A stretch of 64,000 nt of DNA from the human T2T-CHM13v2.0 reference genome, Homo sapiens (GCF_009914755.1 NC_060926.1); one strand, 5' to 3'. Positions 1 to 15,457 are shown, numbered from the stretch's first letter. Notes: a model not told the origin generated them from the sequence alone. Translations and numbers: made by a program.

Positions 1-82
1 TAGATAATTTTGAAAACAGCAAGTGAAAAGCGGTTTATATTTGCTTTATTTATTCAGGTGCTGTGATGTAGGTGTATATGTA

Positions 83-312
83 AGGCTGAGTATCACTTCT
101 CTGAAAAGGTTTGGATTATAGTGTCTTGGATTTAAAATTTTGGTGGGGGGGTGGGGTTTAGAATATTCACTGTATACTTAACCACTGAGCATTCCTAATC
201 CAAAAATCTGAAATCTAAAATGCTACAGTGAGATGGTCATGGTGGTGGTCATAAAGTTTCGAATTTAGAATCATTCAAAATTTTAGATTTTCAAGTTAGG
301 ATGTTTATTCTG
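83..312. mobile_element. Tigger4a/MER46A-like DNA transposon relic (TcMar-Tigger)
   Basis: aggctgagtatc...actgagcattcctaatccaaaaatctgaaatctaaaatgct...ttagattttcaagttaggatg...ctg, flanked by TA on both sides inside the host L1. Confidence 0.75.
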
Positions 313-516
313 TATTTCCAGTTGCTATATGTGATTGATGACTTGATAATTTTATCATTGTATAATAACCTGCTTTGTCTTTAATAGTTTTTGACTTAAT
401 TTCTGTTTTGTTTGGTATAATGTAGTTACTCATATAATTTTTTTGGTTTCCATTTGCATGGAATATACTTTTCTATCCCTTCAATTACTACTTTTCTAAT
501 TTTTAAAAATGGATAC

Positions 517-929
517 TTTCATGCGCGTCCATGTGAAGAGACCACCAAACAGGCTTTGTGTGAGCAACATGGCTGTTTATTTCACCTGGGTGCAGGCGGG
601 CTGAGTCCGAAAAGAGAGTCAGCAAAGGGAGACAGGGGTGGGGCCGTTTTATAGGATTTGGGTAGGTAAAGGAGAATTACAGTCAAAGGGGAGTTGTTCT
701 CTGGTGGGCAGAGTGGGGGTCACAAGGTACTCAGTGGGGGAGCTTTTGAGCCAGGATGAGCCAGGAGAAGGAATGTCACAAGGCAGTGTCATCAGTTAAG
801 GCAGGAACAGGCCATTTTCACTTCTTTTGTGGTGGAATGTCATCAGTTAAGGCAGGAACCGGCCATCTGGATGTGTACGTGCAGGTCACAGGGGATATGA
901 TGGCTTAGCTCGGGCTCAGAGACCTGACA
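517..929 (-). mobile_element. Solo LTR7 (HERV-H LTR), full length
   Basis: Reverse complement runs TGTCAGGTCTCTGAGCCCGAGCTAAGCC...GGACGCGCATGAAA. Perfect 5-bp TSD GATAC (512-516 and 930-934). TATA CCTATAAAA at 647-655 (-), AATAAA at 576-581 (-), 22-bp U3 direct repeat at 787-808 and 838-859. Confidence 0.96.
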
Positions 930-967
930 GATACATGATAGATATACATATTTTCATGATTCATGTG

Positions 968-1256
968 TTTATTTATTTATTTACATATTTATTTTGGAAT
1001 CTTGCCCTGCTGCCCAGGCTGGAGTGCAGTGGTGCAATCTTGGCCTCCCAGGTTCAAACAATTCTCCTGCCTCAGCCGCCTGAGTAGCTGAGATTACAAG
1101 CAACTGCTACCATGCCTGGCTAATTTTTGTATTTTTAGAAGAGATGGGGTTTCACCATGTTGGCCAGGCCAGTCTCAAACTCCTGACCTCAAGTGATCTG
1201 CCCACCTTGGCCTCCCAAAGTCCTGAGATTATAGGTGTGAGCCATTGTGCCTGGCC
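968..1256 (-). mobile_element. AluS (Sx/Sz-like) with a small internal deletion
   Basis: Typical antisense Alu, (TTTA)n tail, catgtg on both flanks. Confidence 0.92.
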
Positions 1257-2913
1257 CCATGTGATAATTTAATACATACCTATAATTTGTAAGATCAAAT
1301 AATTGTAATTTCAGCCCTCCATTTTCAATTTCTGTGTGTCCTTGAAGGTAAAGTGAGTCTCTTGTCAGCAGTATATACTTGCATGCTTTTACCTTCATTC
1401 AGCTATTCTATGTCTTTCAATTGGAGAATTTACTCTGCTTACATTAAAAGTAATTATTGATAGGTAGTGATTTACTAGTGAAATGTTAATTGTTTTATGG
1501 TCGTTTTGCATATATTTTGTTTCTTTTTTTCTCTCTTATTGTCTTCCTTTGTGATTAGATGATTTTTCTGTAGTGAAATACTTTGATTTTTTATTTTTAT
1601 ATTTTCTTTATTTACTATAGGATATTGCTTTGTGGTTACCATGGGGCTTACATAAAACATCATGTAATTATAATACACTTCTTCAAGCTGATAAGAACTT
1701 ATATTTGTTTGCCTACAAAAACTCTACACTTTTACTTTCCCCCCACATTTTACATTTTTGATGTCACAAATTACATATTTTTATATGTTCCTTAACAAAT
1801 TATTATGGCTATGATTATTTATAATCATATTTAGTTCTTCCTATTAAAGATATACATTATTTACTCATCACCATTACTGTTGCACTGTATTCTGAATTTT
1901 TCTATATACTGCCTTCCTTCAGTTAGTTTTCTGAATACATATTTTCATGTTATTAATTAGCATCCTTGTTCTTTAAGCTTGAAGAATTTTCTTTAGCATT
2001 TCTTTTAAAACAAGTCTGGTTATGATAAACTTTCTCAGGTTTTGTTTCTCTAGGAAAAACCTTTATATTTCCTTACTTTTGCTACACCAATTATCCTTGG
2101 TTAGAAATTTTGTGTTATTTTCTTACAAAACTTTGAAAATGTAATCTCATTCTCTTCTGGCCTGCAAAGTTTCTGCAAAGAAATCCACCGATGCCTCATA
2201 AGGATTTCCTGGTTTGTAAGGAAACTTTTTTCATTTGTTGCTTTCAAGATTCCCTCAGTCTTCGACTTTCAATAGTAATTACATTATATCTTGTGAACTA
2301 TTTTTGGATGTAGCTCATTAGAGACCTTGAACCTTCATATGCCTAAGTGTTTGTATTTTTCCTTATATTTAGAATGTTTTCAGTCATTATTTCTTTAAGC
2401 TATTGTTCATTTCTCTCGTTCTTCTCTTTCCTTTACTTTTATAATGCAAAAGTTAGCTCTCTTGGTGCTGTTTCACAAATCCTGAGGCTCTCTTTATTCT
2501 CTTTCATTATTTTTTTTTCTCTTTTGAAAACATGTTTTCAAATGACTTCTCTCTGAGTTTATAGATTATTCTTCTGCTTGATGAATTCTGTGGTTGACAC
2601 TGTCGAGTGCAGGTTTCATTGCACTTACCATATTCTCCTGCTCTTGAATTCTTGTTTGCTTCTTTTTTATTATTTCCGTCTTTTTTTGAGCTTTTAATTT
2701 TATTCATTTATTGTTTTCCTAATATGTTAAATTGTCTATCTGTGTTCACTTTTTGGTCACTGAGCTTCTGTAAAACAATTATGTTGAATTCTTTGTCAGG
2801 AAGTTCATACATCTCAACTTCTTTGTGGTTAGTCACTGGAAAATTATTGTGATTCTTTGGTGATAATATTTGTCCTTGGTTTTTCATATTTCTGTGTGCG
2901 TGTGTGTGTGTGA

Positions 2914-4787
<1,874 letters not shown>

Positions 4788-5146
4788 CTTTTTGTCTTGT
4801 GTTGATGTCTGTTCATTTTATGCAGCAGTTAGCGCTTCTTGACTTTATAGATTGGTTCCAGTGAGGGAAGATCCTCACCTATAGGTGTTTGTGAGGATGC
4901 TGTCTGATGGGATATGGCAATTCTTGGGACAGTGATGATGCAGTAGCGTAGTCTCTGTACAGGTCTGTATACTGCTGTCAGTAACAGCAAAGATTTCAGG
5001 TGTCCTCAGTGGCCCTGGCTATGGGTATCTGCAGCACTGTTAAGAGCTATTGGAGTCTTCAGTGGTGCAATATACTGTGATCATGTTGATCTCTCTTTCC
5101 CCTATGGCAGAATTTATGACTGAAAAGATTTATCTTGGCACGATAT

Positions 5147-5697
5147 TGAGACATGACAACGTGCTAGCAGCCCTCGCTCACTCTCAGTGCCTCCTTGGCC
5201 TTGGCATCCTCTCTGCTGGCACTCCAGGAGGCTAAAGGATTGTAAATGCACCAATCAGTGCTCTGTCAAAATTGACCAATCAGCTCTCTGTAAAATGGAC
5301 CAATCAGCTCTCTGTAAAATGGACCAATCAGTAGGATGTGGGTGGGGCCAGATAAGGGAATAAAAGCAGGCCACCCCCAGCCAGCAGCTGCAACCTGCTG
5401 GGGTCCCATTCCATGCTGTGGAATGTTTGTTCTTTTGCTCTTTGCAATAAATCTTGCTGCTGCTTACTCTTTGGGTCCACGCTGCCTTTATGAGCTGTAA
5501 CACTCACCGCAAAGGTCTGCAGCTTCACTCCTGAAGCCAGTGAGACCACAAACCCACCAGGAGGGACGAACAACTCCGGATGGGAGAAACAAACAATTCC
5601 GGACATGTCACCTTTATGAATCGTAACACTCACTGAGAAGGTCTGCAGCTTCATTCTTGAAGTCAGTGAGACCAAGAACCCACCAATTCCGGACATA
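5147..5697 (+). mobile_element. Solo LTR12 (ERV9 LTR, LTR12D/E-like start) with most of U3 deleted
   Basis: Starts TGAGACATGACAACGTGCTAGCAGCCCTCGC and ends CCGGACATA. 4-bp TSD ATAT (5143-5146 and 5698-5701). CCAAT repeats, GATA/TATA region and U5 repeats are present. Confidence 0.95.
5251..5366 (+). promoter_or_regulatory. ERV9 core promoter: four CCAAT (NF-Y) boxes, GT-box, GATA site and TATA-like AATAAAAG
   Basis: CCAAT at 5251, 5276, 5300 and 5324; GGGTGGGG at ~5340; AGATAAG at 5350-5356; AATAAAAG at 5359-5366. Confidence 0.7.
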
Positions 5698-6578
5698 ATA
5701 TTATGTTCACAGGTGCACTCACAGTAACAGTGGCACTACTGTCTTATGTACACACTCATGGACTGGTCACTGAGCCATGGTTTGGAGTAGGCCGACATTC
5801 AGGGACTATAACTCCAGGGCCTGGGACAGTGGTGGCACTGCTATCTATGGCACAGACACCCCCACTGCTATATTGGTGAAGGTGTGTGTGACAAGGTCAC
5901 TTGTGAAGTGGCTGTGGAGTTAGGATCCAGAGCACATGTCCATAAGATAGAATAACTGCTGTTTTAGGGATACAGTGCAGATACATCTGCTTCATTAGTG
6001 CCTCCACTGGAGGCAGGGACATACATGGTATATATCAGAAACCTGGGTCTGGAGCTCAAGAACATATTGAGTAGCAGGAGTTCCAGGGTTCCAATATGGA
6101 CTACCTTACTGTGATGGCAGCTCATACGTAGGAGACATATACTCTCATGGAGTGGCAGCGGAGCTAGTGTGTGACACAGGTGCCTGAATAGTGAACACAG
6201 TTTCAGGGCCAAGAGAAGCGCTAGTCCACATGACTGGTGGCTCTGGTGCCTGACATGCTGGTGCAAATGCTGTGGCAACGATGCCCGTGTCTGGAGTGGC
6301 ATTGCAGTAACTCCTTCTTGGGATGGGGCACAGAAATATCTTCAGTTCCTGGGAGATTGTGGCAGTAATGTCTATGCATTACATAAATGTGAAAGCTGCC
6401 AATGTCCTCTGCGAAGCAGGCCACTGGGGACAAGAAGGGCATTCACCATGTGGCAGATACTGATATCTCTTGACCTTCTTCTTTATACCTAGGCATCTCC
6501 AGATGTCTCAGGTATGACAGTCTCACCAGTGAAACTTTCTCTGTAGTTATTCTCCATTTTATTTCTTCATTATGTTGA

Positions 6579-6955
<377 letters not shown>

Positions 6956-6981
6956 TATATACCTTTTTAATAGATATCACC

Positions 6982-7330
6982 TGTGTTAGTCATTTCTGCT
7001 ATGCCAAGATATTACAGACTACGTTGCTTAAGCAACAAACATTTATTTCTCACATATCTGGAGTCTGGAATTCAAAGATCAAGGTGCCAGAAGTTTTAAG
7101 GCAATCTTTTTAGTTTGCCAACAATGTTGATTTCCTTGTAGCCTCACAATAGCCAAGACAGAAATGATCTCTCTCATATTTTTATCAAATACTAATCCCA
7201 TTCTCAAGGGCTCTTCCCTCATGATCTAATCATCTCTCAAAGGCATCACCTTTTAATGTCATCACACTGGTAATAAATATTTTAATATATGAATTTCGGG
7301 GGTGGAACAAAAATATTAAACCTAGGACAT
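6982..7330 (-). mobile_element. MLT1A-like MaLR LTR
   Basis: aacaaacatttatttctcac...aagatcaaggtgcc...ccctcatgatctaatcatctc...atgaatttcgggg. Confidence 0.75.
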
Positions 7331-9694
7331 CACTAACTTCACAAATAAATAAATAAAAATATATCTCTACCTTGTTCAAATATTTTACAATTAAAGCATA
7401 ATCTTCATTAGAAGGCACAATGGATACCTCCATGACTCATGAAATAGAAAGAGTAAATATTTTCATTCTAAAGGCATTCCATGAAACAGATGTAAGGGGA
7501 TGGTTATACATCCAGGAAGTGAATGTATCTTTTCTATGCACAAAATAAATATATTTAGCTGTCCAATATTATTTAAAGGAGTCTACATGAATTATCAATA
7601 TATTTTTATTGTTGGGATCAAATGGCATTAAAAACATAGCAGATAAACAACCTGGAAACAAGAGAAAATAACACAGAGAATAAAATAAGAGGTATTTGTT
7701 ATAGAAAGACTGTTGAGTGTTAGCTTTGTTGTTTATGGTCTGTGCAAAAACTTGAGGCATATACAATTAATTGAGAATATCTAAATACTTAATCTTGTAT
7801 TAACAAACTAAAGTGTCATGAAAATTTATTGAGATCGTTTGTGAGCTAGAATAGCTAGTGTGAGTTTAACGAGTAAGAAGTCAGGCCGGGAGGTATGCCA
7901 AATAATTATTAATTATAGGTGAGGATGAATTGGTTCACTCTGAAGAACAGTGTGATTAAAATAGTTGTCGGAGAAAGAGGTTGCACAGTGTGATTTTCTA
8001 GTAGTAAGACTGCTGTGGAAGGAATACTTTGCTTTTCCAAGCTTTATTCTCTATTGTAGTTAGATTTTTCTTGTCTGAAGAGAAGCAAGTTTACAAAGAC
8101 TTAAAATAAATTGAACATTGTGTTGCTTTTGACAATTCACCCAGCAGATTTACTGAACTATATATCATGTCCTGCCAAATATAAATTATTTTTTTATCTG
8201 CTATGTGGAAATTTTACATAAGCATTCTTTCTAATCCCTACTTATCTTTTCCTCCTTCTACTGCCACTTTTGTCTTATATATTCATGCTTTTGAAAGAGG
8301 ATGAACAAAAATGTCAAAACAGGCACACTAAAAAAATCATAAAAATGAGAAACCTGCTTAGGGCAAATAGTGAAGACTGAGGATGTAGATATGAATAGCA
8401 GGAACAAAATATGAATAAAGAGAAAATATCCATATTGGGATAAAAATGCAACATCTGAATCTAAATTCGTATGCCATGAAACAAAAATGATATAGCATTT
8501 TATTCTCTCTAAAATGTCTAAAAATAAATTAGCTATATGCCATTCAGCTTACCCTTTCTTAATATCATCCTCATTTTCCAGAAATTATCGTGTTACTTAG
8601 TGATTTTTCTGGAATGTATAATATTCCAGGATAAGGATATTTATACATAGAAAAAAACTAGGATTATTACACATAGAAAAAAACTAATAGGATAATTATT
8701 GAAAGCTTTTAATGTCATATTATTTGAGCTCCGTTAAGTTATGAAACGGTTATCCAAAAGACTCCTTTCCATAAGTAGAAAGGCTTGTCTAAAAAAAAGT
8801 CTTGACTCCTTTCCTAACCTACAGTCAAATTTTGGTGATGTAGTAGAATAAAGTGTTTTTATATTTTTAAAGTAGTTTTTTTAATTTTTCATTCAAATGA
8901 GTAAGTGTTATTATATGAGAAAAACCTGAATCTTATCTGAGAAAACAGAAGTGATCTCCCTCTCAAAATGCATAATACTCTAAGATTATAGTAACTAATT
9001 CATAATTACTGATGTGTGGTGAATTTCTTTAGGAAAAGAAGAAACAGAATGGTACCTTTTATATACTAAAACTTTTAAGGCATTTAAGTGCGGATTTACT
9101 GATATTTTCTAATAGTAAAAATAGTTAATTCTGGTGAAATTACTAAAATTTTTTGTAAACTAGTGAACTCTACGGTTCAGCTCAAACAATAAATTTTTTC
9201 TTTCATTTACATATGTGTGACACATTGAAATGCATACAGAAAGTATAGGGCCACATTAAAGAGGAACAGCAAATAGATATAAATAGCTCTGCCCATCATT
9301 TACACATTTATATGACACATCTATCCAGTAGATATTTTGAGTGGCTGGAAGCAAAAGTCATCTCCAGTCAATGTGCCAAGCATGAAAAAGTAATTAGAAA
9401 TATATCCTCCTATTAAAAAAATAAAACCCTTGCCAGTTGGCACTTGATTTTATTGATGTTCTCTGCTTAGTCTCGACTGAAAATTCATACAACACATATT
9501 TTATTACCTATTGAATTCTTTTGGTTTTCATTGATAAGGTTTATAATCATGTGGGACACTTGAAAATTTACAGTAAATATTTCAAGCCAAAGATCCTCAA
9601 ATAAATAGTGTAACAGCCTATTTTTCTAAAGGTCATGTAACAAATTGTTAAGGAAGAAGATATAGCCACAATGTTTTGGAAACATACAACTTGA

Positions 9695-9735
9695 CAGAGA
9701 GAGAGAGAGAGAGAGTCAGAGAGAAAGAGAGAAAG
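9695..9735. repeat. (GA)n microsatellite
   Basis: Direct reading. Confidence 0.9.
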
Positions 9736-10544
9736 AACAAAGCAAACACACACGAAAATAGTCTAGCTTAAAATATGAGGACTTTTTAAACATATGCTGG
9801 AATTATAATTTAATATGATATTTCCAGAGTATTGATCAAAGGGATCTTACTTCAAGATTCTTACTGAAGGAAATGACTTAGTGACTTAAGTCATTATATA
9901 TGTACATTATATATGGAGTTTTATACACATATATATGACATTATATATGGAGTTTCAGATAATTCATTTGTTATCTTCATACTATATACATATTTCCATG
10001 GTTTAATTCTTAACTTTTTATCATGAACATTTTGTCTTACTTGAGAAAATGTAGTTTCTCACATACTGATAAACTTTTAATATTGCAAAGTATTTTATGT
10101 CTAATATTTTATTTCTTATCACATTACATTGGTCATATTATTTCCCCATTTGCAGAATTTCTTTCACCAAAGAGAACTAATAAAATATTCAAAGCACATT
10201 TTATGCCAGTAGAAAGAGGACACATATGCTCTAATGAAAATAGTATGTATTTTATTTAATATGCAATTAAGTGGTGTGTATTTGTTACTTGCTGGGCCCT
10301 TTTCCAATATCTTTCCAGTAATAATTACTTAATCTTTATGACAATCTAGTAATATGGAAATGACTTAGTTTCTTTATTCCAATTTCAGTGATGGGGGAAA
10401 TAAATGCATCAAGAAACTAAATCATTTTTTAACACGTTTAGTAGATAACTACTTGTGACATTTCACCTGTATTTTAAATGCTATTGAATGCAATAGCGAA
10501 ACACTTGCCTAAATGTTCAAATTTTATAGATCTAGAATAAACAA

Positions 10545-11460
10545 TTCTATATCAGCCAGTTCTTGTTACATAAGCACTTCAAAATTCAGTAGTTTTAAAT
10601 ACCAATCATTTAATCTAGCTTGTGAGTCTGTCAGTTGGCTGGGGGTCAATGGTCTTGGTAGGATTCTGCCAAGATGTTCTGCTTTAAATATTGAGGTCTG
10701 GATAGAATTGGCATTTTGGACATAGGTCTTGTTTAGTCTATTCTGCATTACTATAAAGGAATACCTGGGGCTGGGTAATTTATAAAGAACAAAGGTTTAT
10801 TTGGCTCATTCTTATGCAGGCTGTGCAGGAAGCATGATGCTGGCATCTTCTCAGCTTCTGGTGAAGCCTCAGGAAGCTTCTACTCATGCCAGAAGGCAAA
10901 GCAGGAGCAGCAGGTCACATGGCAAGTGAGTAAGTGAGAGAGAGAAAGAAGTGGGAGGTCTGAGACTCTTTTATACAACTAAGTCTCACATGAACTTACC
11001 AAGCAAAAGCTCATTTATCACCAATGGGATGGAAAACCATTCATGAGAAATCCACTCCCATGATCTAATCACCTCCCACCAGGTCCCCATTCCAACACAG
11101 GATGACGTTTCAACATGAGATTTGGAGGGGACACACATCCAAACAATATCAGTCTGTTCCACAAGTGTTCATTATTTTTAGATCCATAGTATAAGTAGCA
11201 GTGGCTAGAGGGGCAGGGAGGAAGTGCCTACTCTGTTGAAGGCAGAAACCTCCAGGGAAAAAATCAGTCTTAAGCACTTTTCAAATCTCTGCTTTCATTC
11301 TATATGTTAACATTACATTTTCTAAGTATTTCCCAAAGCCAGGCTCAAGGCAAAGGGTTGGGGTGTTAGTCTCCACCCTTCATAAACCAAAGCAAGTCAC
11401 ATGGTGAAATCTAACATATCTTGAAGACATAAACTCCCTGAGTAAGATATGGAGGTGGGA
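10545..11460 (-). mobile_element. Old MLT1 (MLT1K/J-like) LTR, split by the MSTB
   Basis: caaaattcagtagttttaaataccaatcattt...aggtct[MSTB]gttccacaagtgttc...aaagcaagtcacatgg. Confidence 0.55.
10730..11151 (-). mobile_element. MSTB-like MaLR solo LTR
   Basis: tataaaggaatacctggggctgggtaatttataaag...caacatgagatttggaggggacacacatccaaacaatatca. Confidence 0.88.
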
Positions 11461-11889
11461 TTCAATAAAAATATAAATAATTTGTATCTATATGACTATA
11501 AAAATATATAAACATACATGTGTGGTATGCATATATGTGTATAATCCCATGTAACGTTTTGTAAACAAATTTCTAAAAAAACATATTTTTCCAGTGCTGC
11601 TTTGTGCTACTGACTTCTAGAGTTTTATAGTTTTTCTAAAATAATGTAATTCCTTATCTTGGATTGGTATTTGGCCCCAAATAGTTTCTGTATGCCTATA
11701 AGTGACTTAAATAATTTCATTGTAGGCAAAGGCTCTTTCAGTTTCATCTGAAAGCCAAGCCTCTCTTCATTTCTAGTATAATCATTGATTAGAGTTGACA
11801 ATTTTTTACAAAACCAAAAATAAAAACAAAATAACAATAGTGAAAGTTAATGTGTTAGATGACCGCTTGAGTGTTTTGCATGCTTACCT

Positions 11890-12040
11890 GTTAAAATTTA
11901 TACAACCAACCAATGAAGTAGTCATTTCTGTGACCTTCCTCTTACGGAGGAGGCTACTGGGGCTTTTAGAGGTTTGTTTGCCTAAAGCCAGAAAACCAAG
12001 ACTACAGGTGGGCTGATATTTGAATGCCCATCTAGAGGAT
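11890..12040 (-). mobile_element. MIR fragment
   Basis: Degenerate MIR core (cttacggaggaggctactggggcttttagaggtt...ttgcctaaagcca). Confidence 0.5.
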
Positions 12041-12779
12041 GCCAGAACTCTAAGTATACAAATATAAAAGGGTCAGAAGTAGTCTTAATATTCTGTTTTC
12101 CTCAACAATTATATAGATCTGAAATAAATGCAATATAACATGATTTTATATAATAAAGAAGATTCAATATAAAAATAATTTTGTGTAAATCAGGTAAGGG
12201 CAAAGATAGTCACATAAAGATGGGAGCTCTAACAAAAACGATGTGAACTACAAGAAAGAATGGATTTCTCTTGTGAAAGATGCCTGCATTTGGACTGAAG
12301 TAATGTAAAAGTTAATTATTTTACATAATTTAAAGTCTCTGTTATTTCTTTTTTCAAGATCTGGGCATCGTTCAAATGCATATGTGCAACCTATAGCTTA
12401 AAAACTTACAGAGTAATATGTTAATAAATATTTGTTGAATAGATTAATGTTTATGAAAACTTACCCGCTATATAAGAAAATGGATGATAAATTTAAGACT
12501 GTAGTTATATACTCATTCTTGACTAAAACAAGAAAGGTATAATTGGGCAGGCATTGCTACTGCCTCTTGAAATTTTGTATTCTGTGAAGCTTAAAATGCC
12601 TATTTACATACACAGCGTAACTGTCTGAAATATATGTGAAATATTCATATAGAATTCTGTAGAGGAAGAGCAGTACTGATTAAAAACATGATGTCTGCGG
12701 AGGAACAACATAGATGAGATGCAAATTTCAAAATATTAATTTTTTTGATTAAGGTCAGGTGGCAGAAGATACAAACAGC

Positions 12780-12970
12780 CTCCATGGTGGAGTGAAGAGG
12801 GATACATAATCTTAAATTTATACTCTAGTCTTTGAAAAGCATTCTAACTGATTATGACAAATCAATTTATTTCTGGTATACATTAAAATGGATAAATAGG
12901 TTTGCTTACCTCTCAGTTTTGTTAGTGATTTAAATATAATAATGTGTTCAACTGAACTTTGTCAATGATA
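12780..12970 (+). mobile_element. MIR fragment
   Basis: taaaatggataaatagg...ttacctctcagttttgttagtgatttaaatataataatgtg. Confidence 0.5.
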
Positions 12971-15384
12971 AAGTAAAACAAAATAAGGGGTTTATGGAAA
13001 GGATGTTAAGTAATTCTTAGTCCAATGCTCATCTCGGAAATCCATTTTAATCCTGCTTTGATAGCCTAAGGGTGAGCATCCTTCTCTATAACATTCAGTT
13101 TTTTAAAAGTGGGTATACATAACCTAATGAATTATGTGAGGCATTATTTTTGTCTTATTGAATCAACATTAAACACTGCCCAGTAATGTAAACCATGACT
13201 GTTGCCTGTACAATTATTTTTTTCAGAGGGGCTATTTCTCTTTCCTGTGCTTTAGTATAGGTCATGTTTCTTTAGGGTAAGTGAGACAATCACTCATTTG
13301 TAAGCCATCGTATGCCATGACTCTGTTTGTGGAAAACACACACACACACACATACACATATACAGCTTCTTTAAAAAAATAATTGCTACCTGTGAGAGAA
13401 TCTACTTTTCCTCAGCCCAAACTATTACTTGTAAACCTAAGAAAATTTTGCAGAGCGAAGCCATGGCTTGGCTGAGAAATATCTGGCTGGCTGTCATAAA
13501 AATTTGTGCTTCGATATTTCTGGCTTAAATCCAAAAGGACATTCTGAACAAGTCTTATGAAAAAAGACAAAGAGAGAAAACAAAGTTAAACCGAAACTTC
13601 CTTTTTTAGTCTTTCCAGTATCCCCCTTTTCTCTCCTTCTCTTCAGAATAGTGCCAATATCTTAAGACAGAGTTGAGAAGAAAATTATTAGCAGCAATAA
13701 TAGCCTTATTATGCAATTGCAGCTTTCATTTGTAATTCAATATTCCTTCCTATTTTATTTTGCTATCTTCTTAGAAATATGTAACAACTTTGCCATTAAT
13801 AAAAAAATTCAGGGTTTGGGTTAACAATGTCAAAAGTTTGACAAAATAAAATCAAGTGTATCTCAAAATTTTGTGTATTCTACATTTTAACATTAGAACA
13901 TATAAAAAAATCTAACAAGTTATCTTTCTTTACTAGTTAAGAAAATATGGTTTCCTGGAGGAATAACGGGGAAGTAGAATCGCCCTGATACACTTCAAAT
14001 GCAGACCCCTATATTTTAAATAGGGAGTCCCCAGTAATTTTCAAGTACCAAAATGACACTATCTTCAATCATTCAAGTATTTTGCGGTCTTTTATTCAAC
14101 AAATTCATATCAATCTATATCACTATTGCATATCTGGAAATGTTAAAAGAAGTGAGAATATGTTAGAGAATAACAACAAAAATCAGAACACACTGAAAAT
14201 CAACAGAAAAAGTACACAATGTTATTTTCACAGCCTTTTCTTATTTAGGTTATTAGGAAGCACTGTGAGGCGGGTGTTTTAAATTCTATTGTACGTTTGA
14301 GAATTTAATTGGTAGTAGACCTTGAACCTGGATTGTTATTAATAAATATTTAGACTAAAATAAACTTTACTCCATAACTTGCTGACCATCAGGAGTTTCT
14401 CAAAATGCTAATGCTCTTTTCCACACAACTGGCCTTCCTGATCTCACAAGAGCATAGGTTCCAAGAAATCCGGGAGCATGTAAGTTTCTTCTGGCCATTT
14501 TATCACCAGACTCTAGCACAATGCTGGGAATTTAGAAGGCACTTAATAAATATTTGATAGTATGTGTCATTATAAAAAAGTTTCTTAGTTTTTCTCTCTT
14601 CTTTCACTTTCCTAAGATAAAACCTTCTGTGGAATTGTTTTGTAGAAATGCTTTACATCACATTAAACCAATGGGTGTGGTGCCTTGATCAGGAAAGACC
14701 AGGGACAGATGATGAGTCTTTCTCTTTCAGGAAAGAGGAAGAAAGCACATGTATTTTTATTCATTTGTGCTGTCTGCTGTGGCCAAGAACATCCTGCACA
14801 TAAAAGAATCAATATTTTTTTGAGTTGCAGACTTAGCCTCAAATGTAAAAGCAATACTAGAGTGCAGTGTTTTGAAGTGAAAAGGAAAAAGGAAAGAAAA
14901 AAATTTTGATAAAACTTTAATATAATTCTTTTTTCATTTCCAAGAATGCCTTTTCAATTTATGTTGATAGAATTATAAGATAGGCAGCATCCTAACTAGA
15001 GTATTAAGAGAATACTATTAATGTAAAAAAATGCAATAAGAATAAAATAGAATGTAGTTTATAATTCCCCAGAAAGAGGAGTGATTGTTTTTCTGCCAAA
15101 AATAAAAATAAAAATCCTTTTGAGATTAGCATTTTCAAAGGGACCGAATCTTTAAACGGATTTAAGTTTTAAATTCACAAGTGGATTAAACCATGGCAAT
15201 ACAAAAAGTAAAATATCTTACCTGCCTGTGAAATATGTTTTACAAGATATTCCCAGGATGGATATGGTAAAAAAAAAAATGGTGTTCACAATGACTCTAG
15301 GCAAATACAACTTTGGAGTTTTAATATTATTTGGCCAAGTCTTGTTCTCTCCCTTCCTTACGCCCTACCTCCTCTCTGTTTTTC

Positions 15385-15419
15385 TTTCTGTCTCTCTCTT
15401 TCTCTCTCTCTCTCTCTGA

Positions 15420-15457
<38 letters not shown>

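Larger units (their letters stand above)
493..1320 (-). mobile_element. Short L1MA 3'-end stub, split by the LTR7 and an Alu
   Basis: Joined flanks read gatacatgatagatatacatatttt...catgtgataatttaatacatacctataatttgtaagatcaaat, like an antisense L1MA 3' terminus. Confidence 0.55.

Noticed and set aside
5251-5330. Regularly spaced 24-bp repeats as a CRISPR-like array
   Set aside because: These are tandem CCAAT units of the ERV9 U3 with no unique spacers, in eukaryotic DNA
5328-5696. 122-aa ORF, the longest in the window
   Set aside because: Antisense reading of the LTR12 R/U5 repeats; a common artefact
8645-8686. acatagaaaaaaacta repeated at a 26-bp period
   Set aside because: Ordinary small slippage duplication, with no element between the copies to make it a TSD
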